From a virus, in IMG/VR virus record IMGVR_UViG_3300024999_000068, positions 1-64,000 of that record: a DNA stretch of 64,000 nucleotides; one strand, given 5' to 3'. The notes beneath the pieces were generated by a model. It was not told the origin of the DNA. It saw only the letters and a list, made by a program, of their open reading frames with translations, and ran no database searches. Numbering within the stretch: the stretch's first letter is position 1; each line of letters opens with the position of its first letter. Both the position numbers and the translations under genes were made by a program. Of the stretch, positions 29,601-38,886 are shown one piece after another.

Positions 29601-31272
29601 AGCAGAAGCAAATGCACAGTCACTTCTTACAAAAGCAAAATCAGATGCAATACAAAAAGAAATAGATCAAGCAAAATCTGCTAAAGACTATTCTCTAATC
29701 TTATTAAAAACGACAGAACTTATTGCTAACCAGAAATTAGAACTTCAACAACTCAACGATGCTCGTACAAAAATAAATACGGCAAAAGATACTGCATTAT
29801 CATCATCTCCATTTGGAGACACGTCACGTTGGTTTAATGATGCAAATGAAGCATCTTCTAATTATGTTAATGAATTTAACAATTCTACAGCAGAAGTTCA
29901 AAAAACTATGGAATCAACTTTTTCAGTGATGCAGAAGTTAAGAAAAGGTTGGGTAGATAACAAAAAGTCAGTAGATGAACTGACTGATTCACAAGTAAAA
30001 CTTAAACAATCTCTCCAAGACATAATCACAACCCAAGCAGATGAAGCAGTAGAAGCATTAAAAGCATCATTAGAAAATCAGAAAAAACTAGATGACGAAG
30101 CATGTGACGCAAAAATAAAAAATCTTGATGCAACTCATCAAAAAGTTCTTGATTATATAGATGAAGAATTATCTGCACAAGAAGATGCAATTAATAAACA
30201 AATATCATTAATTGATGAACTTGCAAATGCTGAAGATTATAATAAAAATTTATCATCTAAACAAACTTCTGCTCAAGAAACACAAAATCAAATTAATATT
30301 CTCTCACGAGATACTTCTCCTGAAGGAAAGGCCAAACTAGCAGAACTTCAAAAAACTCTAGCAACTCAAAATTCTGAAATTGAAGACCTACAAAATAGTC
30401 ATTCTCGTGAACTTAGGAAACAGAATCTTCAAGATGCTTTAGATGCTATTAAAAAAGAATCAGAAGCAAAGAAAAATTCTGAAAATGAAAAGTATAATGC
30501 CACCAAAGATAGATTATCAAAAGAAAAAGCAGAAACAGACACAAATTATACAGCAATGATGGGTAGCGATCAAACTTTTGCGGCATTAAGACAAGCAATT
30601 ATTGATGGAAATATTGTAAATATTAAGGAAGCTTTATTAACTTTTAATAAAGATTTTACTAAAGATTTAACAGACAAAGCAGATGCAATTGATAAAAGTT
30701 TTCAAGCAATTATTGCTACAATTAAGCAAGTAAAAGATGTTGCTAATACCATTCCTGAAATACCTGCAAATGCAAAGGGGACAAAATCATCTGCTAGTGG
30801 ATTATCCATAGTTGATGATGGAAATGGAAGAGAATTAATAAGAACTCCTAATGGCAAAATGTATTTAGGTGACAACAGTGGACCCAAAATAGTAAATTTA
30901 CCAGAAGGTTCAGAAGTTCTTAACAATAGTGAAACAGAAGATTTTCTAAAAAAAACATCATCAATTAAAGAAATCCCTAGATATGCTAGTGGAATTGGAA
31001 ATTTAACCTCTAACACAATCATATCAGACATAATATCAAAATTTGATATTCCATCACTCTTAAAATCCATATCATTACCAACATTTTCCATGCCATCATT
31101 CCAAACTCCACAATTGGCAAATAATATTTCTACAAATACGAACGTCACTATCCCTAAAATAGAATTTAATGTAACTGCTGAAAATGGTGAAATATCTAAA
31201 AAGAATTTACAAAAAGCAGCAGATTATGTAATCCGACAAATAGAAAAAGCTCAGACAATTAGAGGAAGATAA
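26668..31272 (+). CDS. Tape measure protein, exon 2 (TP901-type core)
   Basis: MDTALTDLSKV...EFGR...NNFRVSAEDLA...SGNEAGTALK; C-terminal AKGT...GRELI...LPEGSEVLNN. Confidence 0.9.
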   Translation, partial: LAATLMYAPFRALKDGIQYVYQMDTALTDLSKVVDFSSNQLSEMADSAVNLGKQLGQSSVEIMKGMAEFGRVAKNQKDIIELTRVAGMASNVTTMSAADAAKNITSSMITFGIEAKDSMKILNSWNEIQNNFRVSAEDLAASISKIGAASRLANTDMQDLEGMSSAIVQSLGISGNEAGTALKSFMSRIYRTDESDPEELGKTAKALKSIMDIDTSKANGELKSFNSLISEIQSGWGKMSKQEQLAVAQSMGSTYHYSKFVALMENYQIKLDAAAMARNSENSALEENAKKLDSISGRLGLLKVASEEFWRSLIDSNALKSMVSSLTYLVSTFANLRTIIMTAVSALLILKGTQIASTISTWSSSFLMWSTSARTATISSTLFNSSIVQTQARLAGLSFAEIGAMTTTTGLGVSIKSLGFAFKGLLASIGPIGLLVGAITAVSIGMSIYNQKQEENAMASEQASQKLNQEQDALSGLSEEYSKIIQSGDKTAESKSRLKGIQNELIKTYGIEAEGLDLVNGKYTDQIALINKVISDKAKEQLASMGNSGAEALANSTRVLSSQFGAGDSRGNRSVVDPVFNSIVGKSVGESTQGKELFEVNGTLKERVAILEKLKLSLDKTNANDVYSKSVIKDVTDEYNKLNSEMKANQTVLDKYLENKNIVDFYDSFKSNIGEVSDLMSKFLKNPNDTGLTKQLNELHDKMINLADSKGRLGDFQSFIDELFGGIPNKANDASDGTNNFSNSLKTLQETMSTSASSISDIQSAMDEYNESGKFNLDTIIKLSKTYPKLLEMLGNESKIRDFLTSKIKEEQEVSRRAYAQMLMDSEEFYKAKVLGNAQVMDALSKLYNGDLSQYKSLAEAKAKVDQELIQRLASLWSNYYRAGALVAQPLDGGRTVVGADGSEQFITPEMKAQLSGLKEYSNQMSALASAMDGIAMKGTSGIDFSKIGMSGSKASGSKDKTDKTQDPSYTDPTDALIAEANAQSLLTKAKSDAIQKEIDQAKSAKDYSLILLKTTELIANQKLELQQLNDARTKINTAKDTALSSSPFGDTSRWFNDANEASSNYVNEFNNSTAEVQKTMESTFSVMQKLRKGWVDNKKSVDELTDSQVKLKQSLQDIITTQADEAVEALKASLENQKKLDDEACDAKIKNLDATHQKVLDYIDEELSAQEDAINKQISLIDELANAEDYNKNLSSKQTSAQETQNQINILSRDTSPEGKAKLAELQKTLATQNSEIEDLQNSHSRELRKQNLQDALDAIKKESEAKKNSENEKYNATKDRLSKEKAETDTNYTAMMGSDQTFAALRQAIIDGNIVNIKEALLTFNKDFTKDLTDKADAIDKSFQAIIATIKQVKDVANTIPEIPANAKGTKSSASGLSIVDDGNGRELIRTPNGKMYLGDNSGPKIVNLPEGSEVLNNSETEDFLKKTSSIKEIPRYASGIGNLTSNTIISDIISKFDIPSLLKSISLPTFSMPSFQTPQLANNISTNTNVTIPKIEFNVTAENGEISKKNLQKAADYVIRQIEKAQTIRGR

Positions 31273-31332
31273 ATTCATTAGTCTTCCTCTTTCCTATTAT
31301 TCAAATCAATTTTAATTAAATAAGAAAAGTTT

Positions 31333-31438
31333 AAGAGCAGATATATTGGAGTTATAAACCAATGAAAAGTGTTCCTCAAGCACTCTGCTCTTTTTTACTA
31401 TGTAATTTTTGAGGTTAATGGTCAATAATTTGAGGAGG
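31333..31438 (+). ncRNA. Cloverleaf leader RNA, copy 5
   Basis: Outer stem aagagcaga/tctgctctt plus T-run; hairpins attgg/ccaat and agtg/cact; loop cctcaa complementary to ttgagg at 31409-31414 and 31430-31435 (RBS gaggagg). Confidence 0.7.
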
Positions 31439-31447
31439 TTGAAAATA

Positions 31448-32650
31448 TTGAATAATTTAGGTAGAAATATTAAACTCACTATTGAAGAAGTTAGAGAAAT
31501 TATTAAATGTTTGGGGTATATATTAATTAGTAAAGAGTATTTAGGTATTAGTAAAAAATTAATAATGTGTGATGTATTGGGTTATTATTATACTTTTCGT
31601 TTAAATGATATAAATAGTGGAAGATTGCCAAGAAAATTTTCCAAATCGAATATATATACTATTCAAAATATAAAATTATGGTGTAAATTAGAAAATAAAG
31701 AGTTTGAATTAATTAGTGATATTTATAAAGGTAGTAAAGTAAAATTAAAATGGAAATGTCTTAAAGAAGAATGTGGGGAAATATTTGAAGCAGAGTGGGA
31801 TAATATACAAAGTGGGAATAGAGGTTGTCCGTTTTGTTCTGGGCATAAAGTGGGTTTATCTAACTGTCTTGCAACTAAAAATCCTAAATTAGCAAAAGAG
31901 TGGCATCCTACTTTGAATGGTGATCTAACCCCTTATGATGTAACAGAGCATAGTGGTAAATATGTTTGGTGGAAATGTTCTAAAAATTCAAAGCACGAAT
32001 GGAGGACTATGATAGCAGATAGGAGTGATAATAATTGTCCATATTGCAGAGGTTATTATCCATCTGAAGATCATAATCTATTATTTAATAACCCTAAACT
32101 TTGTGAAGAATGGAATTATGACAAAAATGATAAATTACCTTCGGAATATACACCATATACTATGCAATCAGTTTGGTGGAAATGTAGAGATTGTGGGAAT
32201 GAGTGGGAAGACACTATTAATCATAGAAATAATGATAGAGGTTGTCATCAATGTAATAAACCAAAAGGAGAAAACAAATGCAAGGAAGTATTTATTAATT
32301 ATAGTTTTGTCGAAATAAATCAAAGAGATTATTTTAAATTACCAAATAAAAATGATAATACATACTTTATTCCACAACAGAAATTTATAGGGCTTGTTGG
32401 TATTGGTAATGGCCCATTATCATATGATTTTTATATACCAAAATACAACCTTCTCATAGAGTATCAAGGAGAATTCCATGATGGGACTGCAAAAATACAA
32501 ACAAAAGAAGGATTTGAAATTCAAAAAGAACACGATAAACGTAAAAAAGAATATGCTCTTTCCAATGGATATAATTTTTTAGAGATATGGTATTACGACT
32601 TTGATAGTATTGAGGAAATACTAAATAAATATTTAGGAGGTGAAAAATAA
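31448..32650 (+). CDS. Zinc-ribbon + Vsr/DUF559-like endonuclease, paralog of 5342-6646
   Basis: Shared GLSNCLAT.NP.L.KEWHP and SYDFY...LLIEYQGE.H motifs; likely start TTG 31448 after gaggagg. Confidence 0.75.
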   Translation: MNNLGRNIKLTIEEVREIIKCLGYILISKEYLGISKKLIMCDVLGYYYTFRLNDINSGRLPRKFSKSNIYTIQNIKLWCKLENKEFELISDIYKGSKVKLKWKCLKEECGEIFEAEWDNIQSGNRGCPFCSGHKVGLSNCLATKNPKLAKEWHPTLNGDLTPYDVTEHSGKYVWWKCSKNSKHEWRTMIADRSDNNCPYCRGYYPSEDHNLLFNNPKLCEEWNYDKNDKLPSEYTPYTMQSVWWKCRDCGNEWEDTINHRNNDRGCHQCNKPKGENKCKEVFINYSFVEINQRDYFKLPNKNDNTYFIPQQKFIGLVGIGNGPLSYDFYIPKYNLLIEYQGEFHDGTAKIQTKEGFEIQKEHDKRKKEYALSNGYNFLEIWYYDFDSIEEILNKYLGGEK

Positions 32651-32653
32651 TAA

Positions 32654-33469
32654 ATGCCAATATCTGAATCAATTTCATTTATGTTTAATAATCAATTATC
32701 AACTGATTATGGAGTAATAAATTGTCATGTTGATACTAGTGGACTATATGAGGAAACTTTTCTCCCATCTAGAGAAATGAAAGAAATAACAACACGTATG
32801 TCTGATAAACCATATCTTGTCCAGATAAAATCTTCGCCAAGAATATTAAACTTAACAATTGCGTTTTTAAATTCATTTGATGAAAATAATCTTCGCAATG
32901 TAAAACGATGGCTAAGTTCTTCCGAATATAAACCAATGTCCTTTGAATCAATTCCAGATACAATATTTTATTGCACACTTATAGATAGTACACCATTACT
33001 GCATAATGGAAATAATCAAGGTTATATAAATTGTCAAATGCGTTGTAATTCTCCATACTCATATTCTCCAGTATATCTCGACGATTTAATTGACCTCTCA
33101 TTAAATCCAATAGAAGGTACTCAAATAATTTTCACTAATCTTGGAGATGTTCCGTGTCAACCTCAAATATCATTATTAAAGGTAAATGATGGTGATATTA
33201 GTATAATAAACAATTCTAATGGAGGAAAAGAATTCAAATTATCCTCATTATTAGATGATGAAGGAGCAATAATTCCATTATCTTCTTTAAAAAACAATGA
33301 AGATTTGTTCATTGATAATGAGAATGAAGAAATAATATCTTCGATACCATTAACTTATCGAATAAATAATCTTACAGGTGATTTTATTTCCCTTGGTAGA
33401 GGTATCAACAACCTAATTATAAAGGGAACTTGTAAAATACAATTCAGATACCAATTCAAAATGATTTAA
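32654..33469 (+). CDS. Distal tail protein (Dit)
   Basis: Follows the tape measure gene; CNSPYSYS, NLGDVPCQP, LGRGINNL motifs. Confidence 0.8.
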   Translation: MPISESISFMFNNQLSTDYGVINCHVDTSGLYEETFLPSREMKEITTRMSDKPYLVQIKSSPRILNLTIAFLNSFDENNLRNVKRWLSSSEYKPMSFESIPDTIFYCTLIDSTPLLHNGNNQGYINCQMRCNSPYSYSPVYLDDLIDLSLNPIEGTQIIFTNLGDVPCQPQISLLKVNDGDISIINNSNGGKEFKLSSLLDDEGAIIPLSSLKNNEDLFIDNENEEIISSIPLTYRINNLTGDFISLGRGINNLIIKGTCKIQFRYQFKMI

Positions 33470-33497
33470 AACCATATTCAATGAGAGGAGAATTAAT

Positions 33498-36400
33498 TTG
33501 TTTTTAGATATTGACTTATCAAAAACTCCACAACGTCCAAAATTATATCTATGTAAACCCAATAAAACAATTATTGCTCCATTACCAGAACACTATGGAG
33601 CAAATTTAAAAATCAACCTAACAACTCTGAATGAGTTAACATTTGATTTACCATATAAATTAGATATTAACAATAAAATTCAGCACAATATCCATTGTGA
33701 TTTAATTAAAAATAGATTTCTCATAAAATTAATTTTAGGAGAATATATTGCATATTTTATAATTAATAATCCAGCACCCAATGCAGATGATAGTTCAGAT
33801 TTCTATCAAATTAATTGTTACTCTCTTGAATATGAATTAAAGGATAAAGAAATTAGGGTTTATAAATCTGATTCGGTAAGTTTAAAAGAAGTTATGAATG
33901 GATTTTCTCGCGATACAACTATTATAACGGATGGAATATCAACTACTACAACAGATGTAACTCCTGGAATTTTAAAAGATACTGCGTGGGTTTTAGGTAA
34001 TTATCCTGTTGATTTAGATTCAGTATATCGTTCTTTTGATGTTTCAGTAAAAACTAAACTCGATTTCGTATTAGATGTTGCAGAAAAATTTAATCTAGTT
34101 GCCCAATTTGATTCAACAACTAGATTAATTAATTTCTACACAATTGATAAAATAGGAGTCAATAAGGGATTAAGAATTTCCGACAAGAGATATTTGAAGA
34201 CAATCGTACAAAATATTGATAGTGAAACTTTTTGCACTCGGTTAAAATTATATGGCAAAGATGGATTAACAATTAGTGAGATTAACCCAACAGCTCAAAG
34301 TCACATCGAGAATTTTAGTTATTTTCTTTTCCCCTTTGAAAGAGATATAAACAGAACAGTAATATCCCACAGTGATTATATGTCAGACGAATTATGTCAT
34401 GCTATTTTAGATTATGAATTACTATTAGTTCAAAATAAAGGTACTTATCCTATATTGTTAGCATCATTAGCAATATTGCAGACAGAAATGACAGTTTTAA
34501 CAAATGAGATGGCAGAATTAGTAATTGTAATGAAAGAAATAGAAGATAATATTGCAACTGCTAGTGGGTCTAAAAAAGCAGGGTATGAAGAAGATAAAAT
34601 AGCACAACAAATATTAATTAATGCACAGCAAGCATTAATTACAGTAAAACAACTATTGATTGACAATCTTAATACTCAAATTACAAATGCAACAACCTCA
34701 TTATCTTATGAAACTTTTTTTCAAGATATGCCTAAATTATTAGAAGAATTACAAGAATCATATATTATTGAAAAAAGTTGGACAAATGATAGTTTAATAT
34801 CGGCAGAAGATTTATATATCTATGGTTTAGATGAAATGGAGTCAAGAAAAAATCCTGTAACTATTATCCAAATTAATATTGTTAATTTTCTGGAAATAAT
34901 AAGTGAACAATATAATTGGAATAAAATTAATTTAGGTGACTCTATTGCAATTAAACATGAACAATTAGGTATTGATTTGACAGCTAGAATCATAGAAGTA
35001 TCATTCGATTTCGAAAGTGCTGAAATACAATTAACAATTTCTAATGTTAAAAGTAAAAATTCAAAACTAGAAGATATTTTATATCAAACAAGTTCATTGG
35101 TAGATATTATTGATGTAAATAAACTCAAATGGGACAAATCACAAATTACTGCTACGGAATATGTTGACCAGCAAATTCAGGAAATGGTAGGGACGTTACT
35201 AAATTTAAGTATTGATATTAGTAGATTTGGAGAAGATGGATTCATAACAAAGTCAGAAGCAAATGCTTTAAAGTTAACATTAGAACAAGCAATTGCTGAA
35301 TCTGAAAATGTTATTAAAATTGCAGAGGATCTTGAAATAGTAACTGAAAAAAATGATTATGTAATTGCTTTAATTGACTTAGAAACAGAATTAAGACAAG
35401 ATTGGATAGACCAACCAAATTACCCTATTCAAATTATTAGTGATGAGAGTCCTGAAGATGAAAGAATTATTATAAGCACACTCTTCAAAACAGTAGAAGA
35501 TACGAAATCAAAACTTATTAATGCAATTGGTCAAGCTAGGCAAGATGATGGAAAAAGATATGTTGAAACTCAAGTAGCAGAATTAAATACTGCATTATCT
35601 GCATTTCAAACTCAAGTTAATGTCTATATTAATGCCAAACCCGTGGGTCAAATTACTGAAACAGAATCAATAACTCTAAGTGGTTTATTTGTTGATGTTC
35701 AACATGAATCTGATGATATTGTTGCAATTGCAAATGGATTGATGGAAATAATTGGTGATGATAATGACTTATATAATGATTTGCGCGATGCAAAAAATGC
35801 ATATTCAAATGTTCAAAGTAGTTCAGGTGCAATTTATGATGTTCTACATGAAATAGATGATTGGTTTAATAAGTCTAGTTACCCAATCACAATTAAACCA
35901 AGTAAAGGAGTGAGTGTCAATAAGAAAATAAAGAATGTTGAGACAAGAAAAAATACCTTGGTTGATTTAATTACTCAAGTACAAATTGATAATGAATTAA
36001 CTCTTGTAGATCAACAGTTGTTTGAAGTAAGTGTTGCTATTACTTCTATGCAAATGGATATTACAACTTTTGCTAAAGACAACTATATTACCTATGATGA
36101 ATCTGTTTCCCTAAAAGCATCTTTTAATAAGATAAATAGTGAAAGTGAACAAATAATTGATATAGCAAATAGTATGTCAATTTCTGCTACAATAATAAAT
36201 AATTATCAAAATTCTTTAACTGGCACAATTGTATTAAATGGTGTTGATGGATTACAAGTAGAATTATTAAAATGGGTTGATTTACCACTAGAAAGCTATG
36301 CTGGCAAAGGATTAAAAATAACATCAAAACAAAGGAAAGCACTATTAAAGAAATTTGATTTAGTTATGAGTACGAAATTAATTTTAAGTAATGCAATTAC

Positions 36401-38795
36401 ATTGGCAACACCAGAGTATAGCATAGATGGTGAGATATCTATTCAAGGAACGGGAGCTAATCACAGTGGAAGTAGATTTTTAAAATTAAACAAAAAACAA
36501 ATTAACGCAAGCAGTTTAAGTAATTCATTAAATAAAGGATTGATGTTAACAGTAATTAGTAGGGAAGATTTATCAATAGTATTTACACAATGCTATCACA
36601 CATTTGATAGTGATGAAGCAGATAGAAATACATTAGCAACAAAATTAAATTCATTAGATGATACAGTAATTGTAGTATTAACATCTTATGATTCAATTGG
36701 ATGGAATCAAACACTTTTAGATGCTATGATTAGATGTGGAGGCACTGGTACAAATACAGGAGTAGGTAAATTCCCATTTGCATTTATTGGTATTCCAGGT
36801 TTATTCAAAGGTAACGCTTTAGAAGTATTTACAGATAGTGGTAGTCATGCTCCTTATGCAAATATTACTACAAAAATATTAGATGGTACTCCTCAGGGAA
36901 TTGCTATTGGGACAACTGTAATTTCAGCAGAAGCTATGTTAGCAGTTCAAAAGGCAGAATCAGACAAAGATGTAGCAATGATTGATATTAATAAAATTAC
37001 TAGTAATGTAACATTAACATCCACAGAAAAGAAGACAGCTAAAAAATATTGGGATGCTATTGTAAATGAAAAGGTAACTGTTGAATTACAATCAAGTTAT
37101 TGGAATACAGCAGATTATCCAGATGTTGTAAGTACATTGGCAATTTATGAAACAAAATATTCCGACTTAAGTTCATATATTGTACCAATATTGTCAATCA
37201 TGACATCAAGTTCTACCATTGTTACTTCTACTTTTATAAGTGCTTTTACACAATATTATGATTCTAAAATATCATTATTAAAGGCAATTATGGGTGTTGC
37301 TAGAAATTATATTGGAGATGCAATTTCTGGTTTAGCGGAATCCTTAATTGGATTAGCAAAAGATATTAGTGATGCATTTAGCGATAGCAAGATTGACGCA
37401 AAAGAAGCTAGTAAATTTTTTGACGATTTAACATCACTTAATGCAGAATCTACGCCATTAATAGATCTGGCTTCCACTTTAGGATTAATTGATGCAATTA
37501 AACCTGCAACAAATGAAAAAACTGATTATCAAGATGCATTAACCACTCTTTCTGCTACGTTAGGGTTATATATTGGTAAAGACAACTATCCAATTTCTGT
37601 AGATGCTGATGATAAAAAGAAAGTTACAGATGATTATGCAAATGTTCAAACAACAAAAACACTTTTAATTACTAAAATATCAACATTACAATTAGATAAT
37701 GCAAAAACATATTCTAATACCATTTTGACTGATTTTCAAAATAATGTTTATAATATTGACAAAGAAGATTTCCAAAGTCAAATTGATGGTAAAATTGAAG
37801 TTTGGTTTAGTGGTTATGTTCCAACGCTATTAAATTCTCCTGCAAGTACATGGAGTGTAAAAAGCACTACAACTACAAAAACATTGAGAGATGCCCATTT
37901 AGGTGATTTGTTTTATCAAACTAATGCTACAAATACTAATAGTGGATTAGCTTATAAATTTACATTAACTGGAACTACTTACGCATGGACTCCTATAACT
38001 GATATTGCTGTCATTGAATCCCTATATCAAGCATCAATTACAGCAGATACATTAGATGGCAATAGGAGGATATTTACAGAATCACCAAGCCCTCCATATG
38101 ATCTTGGAGATTTATGGAGCACAAATGGAGCAAGTGGAGATTTATTAATATGTACAACTAAAAAATCATTAGGAGGAAGTTTTTCTTCTTCAGATTGGAC
38201 AAAAGCATCTAAATATACAGATGATACATTAGCACAATCTATATTAGATGATATTAGTATTGATAATAAATTATCAATATCTGAGAAAAGAATTGTGTCA
38301 AGAGAATGGAACATTATTGAAACAGAATATTCATCAATTCTTTCTCAAGTAGAGATATCTGTGAGTTCTGGAGGATTGTACATAGCTCCATTATATATAA
38401 TTCCTTATAGTAATGCGTATAATGGATTGGCAAGTTATATTACTACTTTAGAATTAGGGTCATCTACTACAACTAATATAAACAGAACAGACTTTAATAA
38501 CTGGTTTGAAGGCTATAATAGTGCAAAATCTCAGATATTAATAGATATTGCTAACAGTGTAGCAGTTAAAATTGTTTCGTCAAGTGGTTTAGAAGATGCA
38601 ACATTAGCTTTAAGCACAGCCAATAATGCTCTAACTATTTCCAATGGTGCTAATTCTACGGCAAATAGTGCAATATCGGCTGCAAATTACGCAACAGTTG
38701 TAGCAGGATCAGCAGTTCCTACCTCTAATTCCTATACTGATGCACAAATAGTTGATCTAAAAGTTTGGATTGATGCAAATTATGTAGCGAAATAA
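33498..38795 (+). CDS. Tail hub/host-specificity protein (prophage endopeptidase-tail N-terminus, helical repeats, ILEI-like domain)
   Basis: TRLKLYGKDGL, NLGD.I N-terminal region; repeated D..I(T/S)..E units; PPYDLGDLW; ILEI-like GLMLTVI...TF...VVLTSYD...FAFIG. Confidence 0.75.
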   Translation: MFLDIDLSKTPQRPKLYLCKPNKTIIAPLPEHYGANLKINLTTLNELTFDLPYKLDINNKIQHNIHCDLIKNRFLIKLILGEYIAYFIINNPAPNADDSSDFYQINCYSLEYELKDKEIRVYKSDSVSLKEVMNGFSRDTTIITDGISTTTTDVTPGILKDTAWVLGNYPVDLDSVYRSFDVSVKTKLDFVLDVAEKFNLVAQFDSTTRLINFYTIDKIGVNKGLRISDKRYLKTIVQNIDSETFCTRLKLYGKDGLTISEINPTAQSHIENFSYFLFPFERDINRTVISHSDYMSDELCHAILDYELLLVQNKGTYPILLASLAILQTEMTVLTNEMAELVIVMKEIEDNIATASGSKKAGYEEDKIAQQILINAQQALITVKQLLIDNLNTQITNATTSLSYETFFQDMPKLLEELQESYIIEKSWTNDSLISAEDLYIYGLDEMESRKNPVTIIQINIVNFLEIISEQYNWNKINLGDSIAIKHEQLGIDLTARIIEVSFDFESAEIQLTISNVKSKNSKLEDILYQTSSLVDIIDVNKLKWDKSQITATEYVDQQIQEMVGTLLNLSIDISRFGEDGFITKSEANALKLTLEQAIAESENVIKIAEDLEIVTEKNDYVIALIDLETELRQDWIDQPNYPIQIISDESPEDERIIISTLFKTVEDTKSKLINAIGQARQDDGKRYVETQVAELNTALSAFQTQVNVYINAKPVGQITETESITLSGLFVDVQHESDDIVAIANGLMEIIGDDNDLYNDLRDAKNAYSNVQSSSGAIYDVLHEIDDWFNKSSYPITIKPSKGVSVNKKIKNVETRKNTLVDLITQVQIDNELTLVDQQLFEVSVAITSMQMDITTFAKDNYITYDESVSLKASFNKINSESEQIIDIANSMSISATIINNYQNSLTGTIVLNGVDGLQVELLKWVDLPLESYAGKGLKITSKQRKALLKKFDLVMSTKLILSNAITLATPEYSIDGEISIQGTGANHSGSRFLKLNKKQINASSLSNSLNKGLMLTVISREDLSIVFTQCYHTFDSDEADRNTLATKLNSLDDTVIVVLTSYDSIGWNQTLLDAMIRCGGTGTNTGVGKFPFAFIGIPGLFKGNALEVFTDSGSHAPYANITTKILDGTPQGIAIGTTVISAEAMLAVQKAESDKDVAMIDINKITSNVTLTSTEKKTAKKYWDAIVNEKVTVELQSSYWNTADYPDVVSTLAIYETKYSDLSSYIVPILSIMTSSSTIVTSTFISAFTQYYDSKISLLKAIMGVARNYIGDAISGLAESLIGLAKDISDAFSDSKIDAKEASKFFDDLTSLNAESTPLIDLASTLGLIDAIKPATNEKTDYQDALTTLSATLGLYIGKDNYPISVDADDKKKVTDDYANVQTTKTLLITKISTLQLDNAKTYSNTILTDFQNNVYNIDKEDFQSQIDGKIEVWFSGYVPTLLNSPASTWSVKSTTTTKTLRDAHLGDLFYQTNATNTNSGLAYKFTLTGTTYAWTPITDIAVIESLYQASITADTLDGNRRIFTESPSPPYDLGDLWSTNGASGDLLICTTKKSLGGSFSSSDWTKASKYTDDTLAQSILDDISIDNKLSISEKRIVSREWNIIETEYSSILSQVEISVSSGGLYIAPLYIIPYSNAYNGLASYITTLELGSSTTTNINRTDFNNWFEGYNSAKSQILIDIANSVAVKIVSSSGLEDATLALSTANNALTISNGANSTANSAISAANYATVVAGSAVPTSNSYTDAQIVDLKVWIDANYVAK

Positions 38796-38886
38796 AAAAA
38801 TAAAATAGAATAAACATTATGATTAGAGATTAGGTTATTTTTATAATTTAATCTCTTTTTTATGATGCTATAAGGAGGTTTACTGA

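Noticed and set aside
24539-31148. Minus-strand ORFs (24539-25099, 25229-25825, 26892-27224, 30702-31148) and similar shadows elsewhere
   Set aside because: Antisense to well-supported genes, with no recognisable RBS or motifs.
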